Origin: Octopus sinensis
Lineage: Eukaryota
Assembly (NCBI RefSeq): GCF_006345805.1
Contig: NC_043018.1
Span: 26,412,001-26,476,000, forward strand
DNA length: 64,000 bases
Direction of reading: 5' to 3'
The notes below the pieces were generated by a model, which saw only the letters and a list, made by a program, of their open reading frames with translations, was not told the origin of the DNA and did no database searches. Positions 52,006 to 64,000 of this stretch are shown here, piece by piece. Positions within the stretch are counted from its first letter, which is position 1. Every line of letters starts with the position of its first letter. Position numbers and translations under genes: made by a program.

Positions 52006-52560
52006 TTATATTAAATAACCCTTCCCTTGTTCATTAATGACCATAGAATTGCACTTAGAAAGTTCCCCTTTGAGGCACAAGTCCAAGCAAGGTTCCTTTT
52101 TGTAGAAGATCAGCAGTCACCTATGCTCCCCTTTCCATGCCACCGATGTTATCCAAGGGAAAGGCAAAGGGGATGACACAGCTGGGTACCAGTGACGTCA
52201 CAACTCATTTCTAAAGGTGAGTGAACTGAAGCAACATGAAATAAAGTGTCTTGCTCAAGGACATAACACTCAGCCTGGTCTGAAAATTGAATTCACAACC
52301 AGTCAATTGTAAACGATGCTAGCAGAGCCTCACAGCTTAGTGGTCAGGGTGTTGGACTCGTATCATATTAAATTACATAGTCACTGTGGGATCATTTTTA
52401 TTTATAAAGAAGTACGATAGTATGACATGGAAAACTCAGCAAGTAACAACTGTTGCCAAATCGCAGAAACAATTGTTGTGATCTGTGATTCATGCCTGTT
52501 CATTCCATCTTCTTGTATTATAAATTGATGTGTGTGTATATATATATATAATATATATAT

Positions 52561-52591
<31 letters not shown>

Positions 52592-52592
52592 G

Positions 52593-52633
<41 letters not shown>

Positions 52634-53169
52634 GACATGGTGGCGAGCTGGCAGAAACATTAGCATGCTGGGCGAAATGCTTTGCCGTGTTTCGTCCGCC
52701 ACTGCGTTCTGAGTTCAAATTCTGCCGAGGTCAACATTGCCTTTCATCCTTTCAGGGTCGATGTAATCGATTTAATCTGTTTGTCTGTCCTTGTCTGTCC
52801 CCTCTATGTTTAGCCCCTTGTGGGTAGTAAAGAAATATATATATATATATATGTATGTATGTATATATATATATATATATATATATTGAAAAACCCAAAA
52901 ATGCATTTTATTATAGTTACAGTTTTTTGTTTTATACTGTATTGCAGGTCTGTTCTGTCAAAGTTTATAGCAAAAACAAAATAAAAATGTGTGAGAAGGT
53001 TTTTTTTTAATATTTTTATTGAAACTTTCTTACGCTTCCTAAAGTCTGACATCCAAACAAAATTTAACAGATACAAGCATTACATCTCTGTAACAGTTAT
53101 AACAAACCTCATTTCAAACCTGCTTTTTCTTTATGCATTTTTATTATTTCTTTTTTTTTTTGGCTATAA

Positions 53170-53250
53170 ACTAACAATGCCTTTAACATTACTAATCTAA
53201 CAATGCATTTAACATTACTAATCTAACAATGCATTTAACATTACTAATTT
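53170..53250. repeat. 26-nt tandem repeat x3 (ctaacaatgcatttaacattactaat)
   Basis: Direct reading. Confidence 0.85.
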
Positions 53251-54141
53251 CTAATAATCTAAAATTCTCTTCAATTCCACCATCATCATCATCATTATCA
53301 TCATCATAATGATAATATCTCTGACAACAGCAGCAATAATATAACAGTTGTTTCTAATTATGGTACAAGAACAGCAATTTTCAGGAGGGTTCGGTGTTGA
53401 TTGTGTCGACTCCAGAGTTTGGTACATATTCTATTGAACCTGAAAATCTGAAAGGCAAAGTTGACCTCAATCACATTTAATCTCAGAACATAAAAAGACG
53501 GAGGAAATGCTGTTTAGCATTTTGTCCGGGACACGCTAATGATTCTGTCTTATCTCAACCTTAATAATAATGATGATGGTGAAGATAATAATAATTATAA
53601 TAATGATGATGATTAGATAGCTGAAAAGAACTAATAGCGGGGTACCATAGGCTGCAGGTAGTAAGCCTGCTACACATGCAAGACTTGAGGAGCTCCAACA
53701 AAACCTTTGATAAAGAGAAAATAATAATAATTATTATTATTATTAATTTTATTGGCCACAAGCACTAATAATAATATAATAATAATAATAATAATGATAA
53801 TAATAATAATAATAATAATTGGAAGCTGTACAGAGACAATAAAATAATAATAATAATTATGATAATAATAATGGTTTCAAATTTTGCCACTAGGGCCACC
53901 TTAATAATAACAATGATGATAATAACCCTTTCTACAATAGGCACAAAGCCTGAAAATTTGGGGGAGGGACTGGGCAATTGCATCAACCCCAGAACTCAAC
54001 TGGTACTTGTTACATTGACCCCAAAATGATGAAATATAAAGTTGACCTTGGTGGAATTTGAACTCAGAAAAAAGAGAAAGCCAAACAAAATGCCGCTATG
54101 CATTCTGCTCAGCATGCTAACAATTCTGCCAGCTGACCACC

Positions 54142-54142
<1 letters not shown>

Positions 54143-54237
<95 letters not shown>

Positions 54238-54247
54238 TAATAATAAT
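54143..54247. repeat. Pure (AAT)n microsatellite
   Basis: Direct reading. Confidence 0.95.
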
Positions 54248-54827
54248 CATCATCATCAAATTAAAAATAAAAAAAATTTTTTTTAAATCCTTGGCAGAAA
54301 AATAAATTTTAATAAGCATCCCATTTTGGGGGCGACTCTCACTAATATTAACATTTTAATCAATATTGTAAACGATTTAAATGTTTAATTAGACTGTTAT
54401 GTGTATTTGCATGTCTATCATCTAAATTGAAAGAATGCCTTCGTTTATATGTTCGTTTTTACTTTTTCTTTTTCTTTTGTTTTTTTTGTTTTATCTTATT
54501 TGTTTTATCTTCTTTTCCACTTTATTCTTTGTGTTAGTGTGTGTGTATGTGTGTGCGTCACTCTTCGTTTAACGAAACGTTTATTTTGGGAGCTTTGGCA
54601 CATAAATCATTCACGATGCCCGAGTCATTAACGTCTTCGGCTGCTGTCTGAATTTAGCACCGTCAATCATGTGACTCTGTGTAAAAACCCTGTCTACCCA
54701 CCCGCCCTCACCCCCTGAAATCACCCAACCTCCCCCGTCCCCCCACACCACCCCTTGGCTTGGATCTCCTTAGCAGTGTCTTTGTAATAATTTCTTTAGA
54801 TCGCAAGCTTTACTTAACATCGAGGCA

Positions 54828-55512
54828 CAGGCGTGGCTGTGTGGTAAGATGTTTGCTTCCCAACCACATGGTTCTGGGTTCAGTTCGTATGTGTGTGTAG
54901 GTGACTTTGCGTCTGTTTGTTCCCCTACCACTGCTTGACAACTGGTGTTGGTGTGTTTATGTTCCTATAACTTAACAGTTTGGCAAAAAAGAGCAATAGG
55001 CACAGGAGTGGCTGTGTGGTAAGTAGCTTGCTTACCAACCACATGGTTCCGGGTTCAGACTCACTGCATGGCACCTTGGGCAAGTGTCTTCTACTATAGC
55101 CTCGGGCCGACCAATGCCTTGTGAGTGGATTTGGTAGATGGAAACTGAAAGAAGCCTGTCGTATATATGTATATGTATATATATGTTTGTGTGTCTGTGT
55201 TTGTCCCCCTAGCATTGCTTGACAACTGATGCTGGTGTGTTTATGTCCCCATAACTTAGCGGTTTGGCAAAAGAGACCGATAGAATAAGTACTGGGCTTA
55301 CAAAGAATAAGTCCCGGGGTTGAGTTGCTCAATTAAAGGCGGTGCTCCAGCATGTCCGCAGTCAAATGACTGAAACAAGTAAAAGAGTAAAAAGAGTAAA
55401 AGAATAGGTACCAAACTTAGAAAGCAGAATTCCTGGAGTTGATTCACTTGACTAAGAATTCTTCAAAGCTGTGCTCCAGCATGGCCGCTGTCTAATGACT
55501 GAAACACATAAA
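54828..55512 (+). mobile_element. Young family-2 SINE (54999-55405) nested in an older, internally deleted family-2 copy
   Basis: The old head and body (54828-54998) resume after the young tail as ggtacc...ctccagcatggcc...atgactgaaac. Confidence 0.8.
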
Positions 55513-56454
55513 ATATACACAGTAAGTCAAACGGTCTTTGGCTTCTGCAGTCTTCCTTTTCTAAGATGTCAGAGCATGGTTTGAGGGTTACTTGGTCGTT
55601 ATCTCTAACAGTTGTGGAACTGCATAGAGTTTCCCAACATTTGCTGAAACGGTTGGGGAGAGAGTAAGGTAAGATGTCATCCGATTACTCAATTGGAAGA
55701 ACTAATAAAATACTATAGGATCTTTGTATTTGGAATCAACAAGAAAAAGCAATCAATAAATCCATGTGTATCCAAGTGATGATTGATTGATTAGGTCAAC
55801 ATTCAGAAATATCATTGGCTTGTATTCACTCGACGAAATGTAAATAACAGTTTAATATCACAAATGAAATCACTAAAAGCTTTCCTGTAGCTTTCAAACA
55901 GGTATATCAGTGATACTTAGTGTGTATACAACAATTAGGAAACGGATCAATAACCTGTATAATTACTGTAACAGAAGAAAATTACAAACGTGTAAAGCCT
56001 TTACGGTTAGAAACCTTGTGTGTATGTACGTGTGTGTGTATGTATGTGTGTATGTATGTGTGTATGTGTGTGTATGTGTGTGTGTCTGTATACATGTGTG
56101 TGTATGTGTGTGTATGTATGTATGTATGTATGTGTGTGTCTATTGTATGTATGTGTGTGTATGTATGTATGTGTATGTGTGTGTATGTATGTCTGTATGT
56201 ATGTATGTGTTTGTATGTATGTGTCTATGTGTGTGTATGTATGTGTCTGTATGTATGTGTGTGTATGTATGTATGTATGTATGTACATGTGTATGTGTGT
56301 ATGTATTTATGTGTGTGTGTGTGTGTGTGTATGTAAGTCATTCAGTCTATTTCAAGGCTTCTTGACAGTAGAGAAAGAGCTGGTTTCTAACCTAGATCCA
56401 AGGCTCCTTCATTTGAATTTCAAAGTCAACAACAGGATATTTTTGTTTCTTTGT

Positions 56455-57000
56455 ATGTATGTATGTATGTATGTATGTATGTATGTATGCCTGTATGCTT
56501 GTATGTATATGTGCAGATTTGTATGTGTTGCTTTATGTATGTCTTCTCATGCATATAGTTGCATATCTAGACATGCTCATATGTATTAAATGATAAACTT
56601 CTGGAAAGTTTTACAGATTTTTACAGTTCCAGTGATGGATTGGATCTTTAGTCTTCGAATTAGCTTTCTCCTTTCTGGTTTTGAAAAACCTAATTTCTTA
56701 AGATCGATATTTAGGCAGTGTTTTACACATCCCATGGCCCCACTAATTACAGGTATAAATCTGAACTTGTAATCTGGATAGAGTAACTTCAGATTTCTCA
56801 ATAGTTCAGCATCGGTGTTCTCTTTTCCACTAATCTTCAGCTTCTTGTTAACATCCGCTGGGCAGCTAATTTCCACAACTGTGCACAGCCTCTCTTCTCT
56901 ATCCCAAATCACTATATCAGGTCTGTTGTGCTTACATTTTATTCAGGTCTTCACTGGGACATTCCACCAGTATTCCTTCTTATTATGAGTGGCTATGACT
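56455..57000 (-). mobile_element. 3' fragment of an RLE-type (R4/R2-superclade) non-LTR retrotransposon
   Basis: EYWWNVPVKT*IKCKHNRPDIVIWDREERLCTVVEISCPADVN carries the PD..E restriction-like endonuclease motif. One in-frame stop. ORF ends at 56586, then an (ATAC)n-rich tail. Confidence 0.85.
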
Positions 57001-57422
57001 TCTACCATATTGTGGGTTCGTATGTATGTGTGTGTATATAGTTTTTGGTGAGGACTCTTTTTCTTTTGTTTTTATATTTACATTTTTTTTGTATTGTTAG
57101 TTCTCTGTACGACATGTTGGTGTTTGCTACACTTGCTTTGCATGAGTAGCAAACATTGGTATACATATTTACTGTAGGACTAAATATTGATTTTCCTTTG
57201 CTGTCTTTCTCTGTGTCACTTTGATTCAAGTCATGTTATATGATCTACACTTATAGATTTTATATATATATATATATGTATATATATATGTATATATATA
57301 TGTATATATAAATGTATATATATATGTATGTATATATGTATGTATGTATATATATATGTATATATATATGTATGTATATATGTATGTATGTATATATATA
57401 TGTATATATATATATGTGTGTA

Positions 57423-57458
<36 letters not shown>

Positions 57459-57510
57459 GTATATATATATTATATATATATATGTATATATATATGTATA
57501 TATATGTGTG

Positions 57511-57556
<46 letters not shown>

Positions 57557-57892
57557 GATATATATAAATAAAACCAATATACTTTATACATACATGCATA
57601 CATACATACATATATATGGTGTCATACATGTATACATGTGTGTGTACTTATACATACACACACACACACACACACATGTATATGAGCAATGTGAAATGAA
57701 GTGTTTTGCTTAACACAATGCACTGCCCATTCCAGGAACCGAACTCATGGACTAGCAGTTGTGAGTGCAACACCCCAACCACTAGGTCAAGTGTGTGTGT
57801 GTACACCCTTGTCTTGGTATTATGTGATATTTGAAAATGAGTCACAGTGTCATGGTGTCATTCATTGGCAACCTTCCATGGGAAAATATTTA

Positions 57893-58287
57893 TTTCTTTA
57901 TTGTCCACAAGGGGCTAAACATAGAGGGGACAAACAAGGACAGACAAAGGGATTAAGTTGGTGACATCGACCCCAGTGCATAATTGGTACTTATTTAATC
58001 GACCCTGAAAGAATGAAAGGCAAAGTCAACTCAGAACGTAACAGCAGCCAAAATACCTATTTCTTTACTACCCACAAGGGGCTAAATACAGAGAGGACAA
58101 ACAAGGACAGGCAAACGGATTAAGTCGATTGTATTGACCCCAGTGTGTAACTGGTACTTATTTAATCAACCCCGAAAGGATGAAAGGCAAAGTCGACCTC
58201 AGCGGAATTTGAACTCAGAACGTAACGGCAGACAAAATGCTGCTAAGCATTTCGCTCAGCATGCAAACAATCCTGCCAGCTCGCTGC
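57893..58287 (-). mobile_element. Family-1 SINE dimer
   Basis: Same junction (58050-58067), with a short deletion in one unit. Imperfect TSD ccatggg..aatatt. Confidence 0.82.
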
Positions 58288-59006
58288 TTTAACCATGGGG
58301 ATAATATTACCTTGTTTGGAAGCAGGAGAGGGTTGGCAAAAGGGGGCGCATCTAGTCATAGAAAATCTTCCCCCAGCAGATGTGGTCTGACCCATATAAG
58401 GCATAGGAAATTGGATGTTAAAACGATAAAGACAACAATGATAATAACACTGGCAACAACAATGATGATGACGATGATGACAATGTTGATGATGACGATG
58501 ACAATGAAAGCAAAAACAAAATCAATTCCTATTATGATGGCATATTGGTTTCTCTGTCTCCTCATCTTTGATGTTAAAAAGCCTCTTAACATGATCTGCT
58601 GATAATTTCTAGGAGCAGGCTGAAATAAAAACTGCTTGCCATATCCATTGATGATATGAATTAAAATAACTTTAACTTCCTGTGCATTTCAGCCAATTGT
58701 GACGGTAAATACAAAATGTAGAAGGTTTTAATAAAATAATTAACTTCCCCATTAATTATCCGGTATTTATCTATTGTCCTGCAGCCATGGCGTGGGTTGG
58801 TTCCCCTGACTTCCCACTCTGCTAAACTGTCCAACCATACTAGCATGGACAGTGGATGTTAAATGATGATGATGATGGTGACTGAGGACATGGCTCTGTG
58901 ACTGAGAAATTTGTTTCCTAACCATATGGTAGCTTAGGTGTCCCCTACTATAGACTTGGGATGACCAAAGCTGTGTGAGGCAGTTTGATAGACAGAAACT
59001 GAAGGA

Positions 59007-59247
59007 CGTTTCTGAAGGCGACAAGCTGGCAGAAGCGTTAGCAAACCAGGCAAAATGCTTAGCAGTATTTCGTCTGCCGTTACATTCTGAGTTCAAATTC
59101 CGCCAAGGTCGACTTTACCTTTCATCCTTTCAGGATCAATAAATTAAGTACCAGTTACACACTGGGGTCGATGTAATCAACTTAATCCCTTTGTCTGTCC
59201 TTGTTTGTCCCCCCTATGTTTAGCCCCTTTTGGGCAATAAAGAAATA
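59007..59247 (+). mobile_element. Family-1 SINE inserted in an old family-2 SINE
   Basis: TSD AGAAACTGAAGGA at 58994-59006 and 59248-59260. Confidence 0.83.
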
Positions 59248-60777
59248 AGAAACTGAAGGAAGTTTGTCCAAAATGTGTGTGTGTGTGATTTGGAGACACG
59301 TGGCTTAACATTTGATTGTCGTGATCATGATTGTAGGATTGTGGTTTCAATTCCTGGGTGGGCCAGGCGATGTATTGTATTCTTGAGCAAAGCACTTCAT
59401 TTCACATTGGTCCAGTCCACTCAGCTGGCAAAAAGGTGTCGAGGTGTCATCCTGCGATAGATCAGCATCCCATCAGGAGTGGGGGAATGGAGTGCCACAA
59501 AATCCAGGAAACCAACCTTGTGAGTCTATGGCACAAGAAGGTTCTTTGATTCTTTTAATCTTTCTCTTATTTGTTTCAGTCATTTGACTGTGGCCATGTT
59601 GGAGCACCACTTGAAGGGATTTTAGTCAAATGAATCGACCCCCCCTTGTACTTATTTCCTTTTAAAGCCTGGTACTTATTCTATCACTCTCTTTTGCTGA
59701 ACTGCTAAGTTACAGGGATGTAAACACACCGACATTAGTTGTCAAGTGGTGATTGAAGGACAAACACACACACACACAGACACAATATACATCAGGCTTC
59801 TTTCAGTTTCGCTCGCAAGGTTTTGGTTGGCCCAAAGCTATAGTAGAAGACACTTGCCCAAAGTGCCACACATTGGAACTGAACCTGGAACCATGTGGTT
59901 GGGAAGCAAGCTTCTTCTATGTTTTTCTGTGTGTTTGTGTCTCACTAGCATTTCCAACATTCTGTGAGAATATGGCAAGCCACTAGGAGGTAATTCTTTG
60001 CTTGGAAACAGGTGACGGTTAGCAACAGGAAGGGCACTCGACTGAACAATGCTAAAGCAAACCCTCCTCAACAGGATTCGAACTTGGCGTGCAGAGGGCT
60101 GGAACAGATATCACAAAACATTCTATCCAGTGATCTAACACCTCAGCCAATTCACCACATTGACAAAACTCATGAAACCTATAATAAATCCTGACATTGT
60201 ACCTCCCAATGGTACCTATTAACAGAAAAGTGGACTGAGTCAGTTAGCATTATCCTTTTCCTGGGGCTAATACTGTTGCTGTATCTGAAAGGGATTGAGA
60301 TTGGAATGAGTCAACGTTTCGGCTAATAAAAGGGCTGACAATGTTGGCCTTTTCACATTCGGAATGTTTATTTAATATAACACACATTATTCAAATTTTC
60401 CCATTCTACTTAGGATATTAGCTAAGAAAAGTCCTCATCTTATTAGAAAACTTTCATTTAAATGCAGCATCCTATTCGTATTGATTGTATAAATGCTTGT
60501 GTGCGCGTGTGTGTGTATATATATATATGTATGTGTCTATGTATAGATATATATATATATGTATGTATATGTGTGTATATATATCCATACAAATATAAAC
60601 ATATATATATACACATACATATGTATATATATGTGTGTACGTATATATGTATATATATGTATGTGTGTATATATATATATATATGTGTGTGTGTATATGT
60701 ATACATATATCTGAATGTATATATATATATATGAGTGTGTGTATGTATATATACATACACACATATATATATATAAT

Positions 60778-60847
<70 letters not shown>

Positions 60848-61355
60848 TACACACACATATATGTATATTTTTATACTGCTGTTATCAACCAGTGATGTTA
60901 TTATTGAAGTAGAAGAGGGGCAGGGGTGCTTTTATATATATATATTTTTTCATCTTATCTCCGTCCCCGCTCCCTTCCACGCCCCACCCCTCCCCCAAAT
61001 ACGGACATCTATTCCTTTTGAACACATATATTCTCTTTGAACATTTTTTATTCTTTGGAGCATTTATGAATGTAGAAATTCAGGTTCATTCACCAAAAGT
61101 AAATATTTCAATAACCTTGCAACATCCGCAGAATGTTTTTCGTAGGGTTACGCAACGGCCATCCACTGCTGTTGAAGAAGAAGAAGCTCTTTGAGAGCTC
61201 AGTCAGAATGATAACCACTGCCATTGTGTTCCAATATTGTATGCGTTTGAGGTGGAGTTGGCGGGTGGGGCGGTTATATTATTAGTATTATTTATAAGCG
61301 TTATGTGTGTGTATACATATATATATGTTTATGTATATCTTGTAATTATTTATAC

Positions 61356-61396
<41 letters not shown>

Positions 61397-62110
61397 AATA
61401 TATATGTGTATATTATAATCATTTATACATGTATATATATATTGTAATGTATATGCTATATATATGTACACACATACACACACACATATATATACATATA
61501 TATATATGTGTGTGTGTATATATATATATGTATATATATCTATGTATATATGTATATATATATATATATATCTATGTATATATGTATATATATATATGTG
61601 TGTGTGTATATATATGTATATATATATATATGTGTATGTATATATATAATAATATATATATATATATATATATATATGAAGAGGAGATAATAAAGAGATT
61701 TATAACCAGGAAGGTGGAAGGAATGGATATATCTAACCAGTCGCAAATCTTTTAGTTTTTGTCTTTTTCTTTTTTTTTTTACTCTTCCTTTTACTATTTC
61801 ATATTTTGCTTTCCAAAAATATGAAAGTTTCCTGACTTTCAAAACTCACCTCTGATCCTTCTGAAGATTGGTAAAATATAGTACCAGTGAAACATTGGGG
61901 GTTGATTTAATTGCCTATACACCTCCCTTACAAACAAAATATTCATGGTCTTATAATAAATATCAGACATTGATATTTTAAAATCTCGATATTTTTGATT
62001 TTTTGTATGATTTGTGCATTTATTACTTAACTCTTTTGAAATCTGACATGGATATCATTGTCAAAAAGACATGGATATCATTGTCATTATTATCATTATT
62101 ATCATTATTA

Positions 62111-62146
<36 letters not shown>

Positions 62147-62618
62147 GTTAAGTCTGCAAGTTGGCAGAATCATTACTACACTGGACGGAATGCTTAGTGG
62201 TATTTTGCCCATCGCTGCATTCTGAGTTCAAATCCGGCAAGGTTGACTTTGCCTTTCATCATTTTTGGGGGTTGATAAATTAAGTACCAGTGAAATACTG
62301 GGGTTGATGTAATTGACTTAGCCCCTCCCCCAAAATTGCTGGCCTTGTGACAAATTTTGAAACCATTATTATTGAGGCGGCAAGCTGGTACAACCATTAG
62401 CACGCTGGGCAAAGTGCTTAGCAGTATTTCGTCCACTGCGGTGTTATGAGTTCTGCCAAATTCTGTCAAAGTTGACTCTGATTTCATCCTTTCAGGGTCA
62501 ATGAATTAAGTACCAGTTGTGTACTGGGGTCTATGTAATCAACTATTCTCCCCACCACCACATTTCAGGTCTTGTGCCTTTAATAGAAAGGATTATTATT
62601 ATTATTATTATTATTGTA

Positions 62619-62661
<43 letters not shown>

Positions 62662-62663
<2 letters not shown>

Positions 62664-63217
62664 GAGAGAGCAGTGCATGCCATCGAAGTGACACTGGGGT
62701 AAAATATATGAAGCCCAGTAAACCCATCATGACTACCCGTCTGATAAGGGTACACCAGGTACATGCATTACAACCATATGTGCACGACATAGTGATCTCA
62801 TATCAAGATAAACAGTGCGTGACCTTGCAGGTGGGGCCCACTTAAAATTTTTTCCGTTCAAGTAGCCCATCTCACTCAAAAGGTCCCTGAATAAGGGTTG
62901 GTTAAGGATGTTGAATGAAACACACGTTTCCATAGGTGAATTATCCAAACCCCAAAGAATTCCTCTCAACACATGGCTATGATGCTTCCCCACTACTTCT
63001 GCTCATGATCAGAGATGCACATATCATCAGCCACTAAGGGACATGCTCAACCGGTTAAGGTCATACAACTGACAAGAAATCTGTGATATTGAGCAAAATA
63101 TTTGCTGTAGCCCATCTTTTATACCAAGACAAAACAATGTACATGATAACACTTCCAATCAGTTAAGATCAGAAGCCATGAGAGCCACTGCCTGGTACTG
63201 TTATTTGACATTTATCA

Positions 63218-63220
<3 letters not shown>
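62662..63220 (-). mobile_element. Longer copy of the (TAA)n-tailed repeat
   Basis: Reverse complement aligns with 28600-29070 and extends ~100 nt further 5'. (ATT)n on both flanks. Confidence 0.8.
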
Positions 63221-63252
<32 letters not shown>

Positions 63253-63259
63253 TATTATT

Positions 63260-63294
<35 letters not shown>

Positions 63295-63307
63295 TATTAT
63301 TATTATT

Positions 63308-63724
63308 CTCTCTTTTACTCTTTTACTTGTTTCAGTCATTTGACTGCGGCCATGCTGGAGCACCGCCTTTAGTCGAGCAAATCAACCCCGGGACTTATTC
63401 TTTGTAAGCCCAGTACTTATTCTATCGGTCTCTTTTGCCGAACCGCTAAGTGACAGGGACGTAAACACACCAGCATCGGTTGTCAAGCAATGCTAGGGGG
63501 ACAAACACAGACACAGACACACAAACATATACACACACACTTATATATATATATACATATATACGACAGGCTTCTTTCAGTTTCCGTCTACCAAATCCAC
63601 TCACAAGGCATTGGTCGGCCCGGAGCTATAGCAGAAGACACTTGCCCAAGATGCCACGCAGTGTGACTGAACCCGGAACCATGTGGTTGGTTAGCAAGCT
63701 ACTTACCACACAGCCACTCCTGCG
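63308..63724 (-). mobile_element. Family-2 SINE, young copy
   Basis: Full length and closely similar to 6513-6955. Degenerate copies at about 11900-12060, 12885-13165, 16300-16860, 20775-20945, 21478-21640, 41840-42130, 50460-50615 and 59560-59910. Confidence 0.88.
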
Positions 63725-64000
63725 ACAACTAAACTAATTATCATCATTATTATTATTATTATTATCATTATTATTATTATTTTTTATTTTTATTATTATT
63801 AAGCTTATTATTACTATACTACTACTACTACTACTACTACATATTTTATGGATTTCTTCTTCACTTCAATTTGTGTGTGTGTAAAGGTGTAATTATTCAA
63901 TTCACACTTATTTCTTCATGTGTGAAAATCTTTTGGCACATTCCTGCCATGAATTTTTTTTTCTTCTACATTCCAAGAAATAAACAGAAATGGAAGGTAA

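Noticed and set aside
61066-61194. 42-codon ORF MNVEIQVHSPK...VEEEEAL
   Set aside because: Short, no recognisable motif, no splice signals linking it to unc-13, and not C2B-like.

Overview
AT-rich, microsatellite- and retroposon-dense eukaryotic DNA. The repeat families look like those of octopus genomes (inference from recognition, not a database search). The only host gene I can support is unc-13/Munc13 on the + strand. Four GT-AG exons (9911-9988, 11249-11468, 19848-19968, 26054-26160) splice in frame to a 175-codon segment covering the C1 domain and the linker up to the first strand of C2B. I could not find the next (C2B) exon in the remaining ~37.8 kb. The introns contain a 5'-truncated RTE LINE (RT plus a PHD-like finger), fragments of RTE and R4/Dong-type LINEs, four tRNA-derived SINE families, piggyBac-like MITEs, fold-back elements and long simple repeats. 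Most short ORFs in the supplied track are microsatellite or SINE artefacts. The most interesting signal is a set of hammerhead-ribozyme (HHR) or HHR-like motifs in small non-coding elements, most of them next to (TA)n. One has an intact core and is sense to the unc-13 pre-mRNA, and a two-copy family has a variant CCGA core. Three of these elements carry an inverted arm that would mask the ribozyme. No CRISPR array, rRNA or true tRNA gene is supported.
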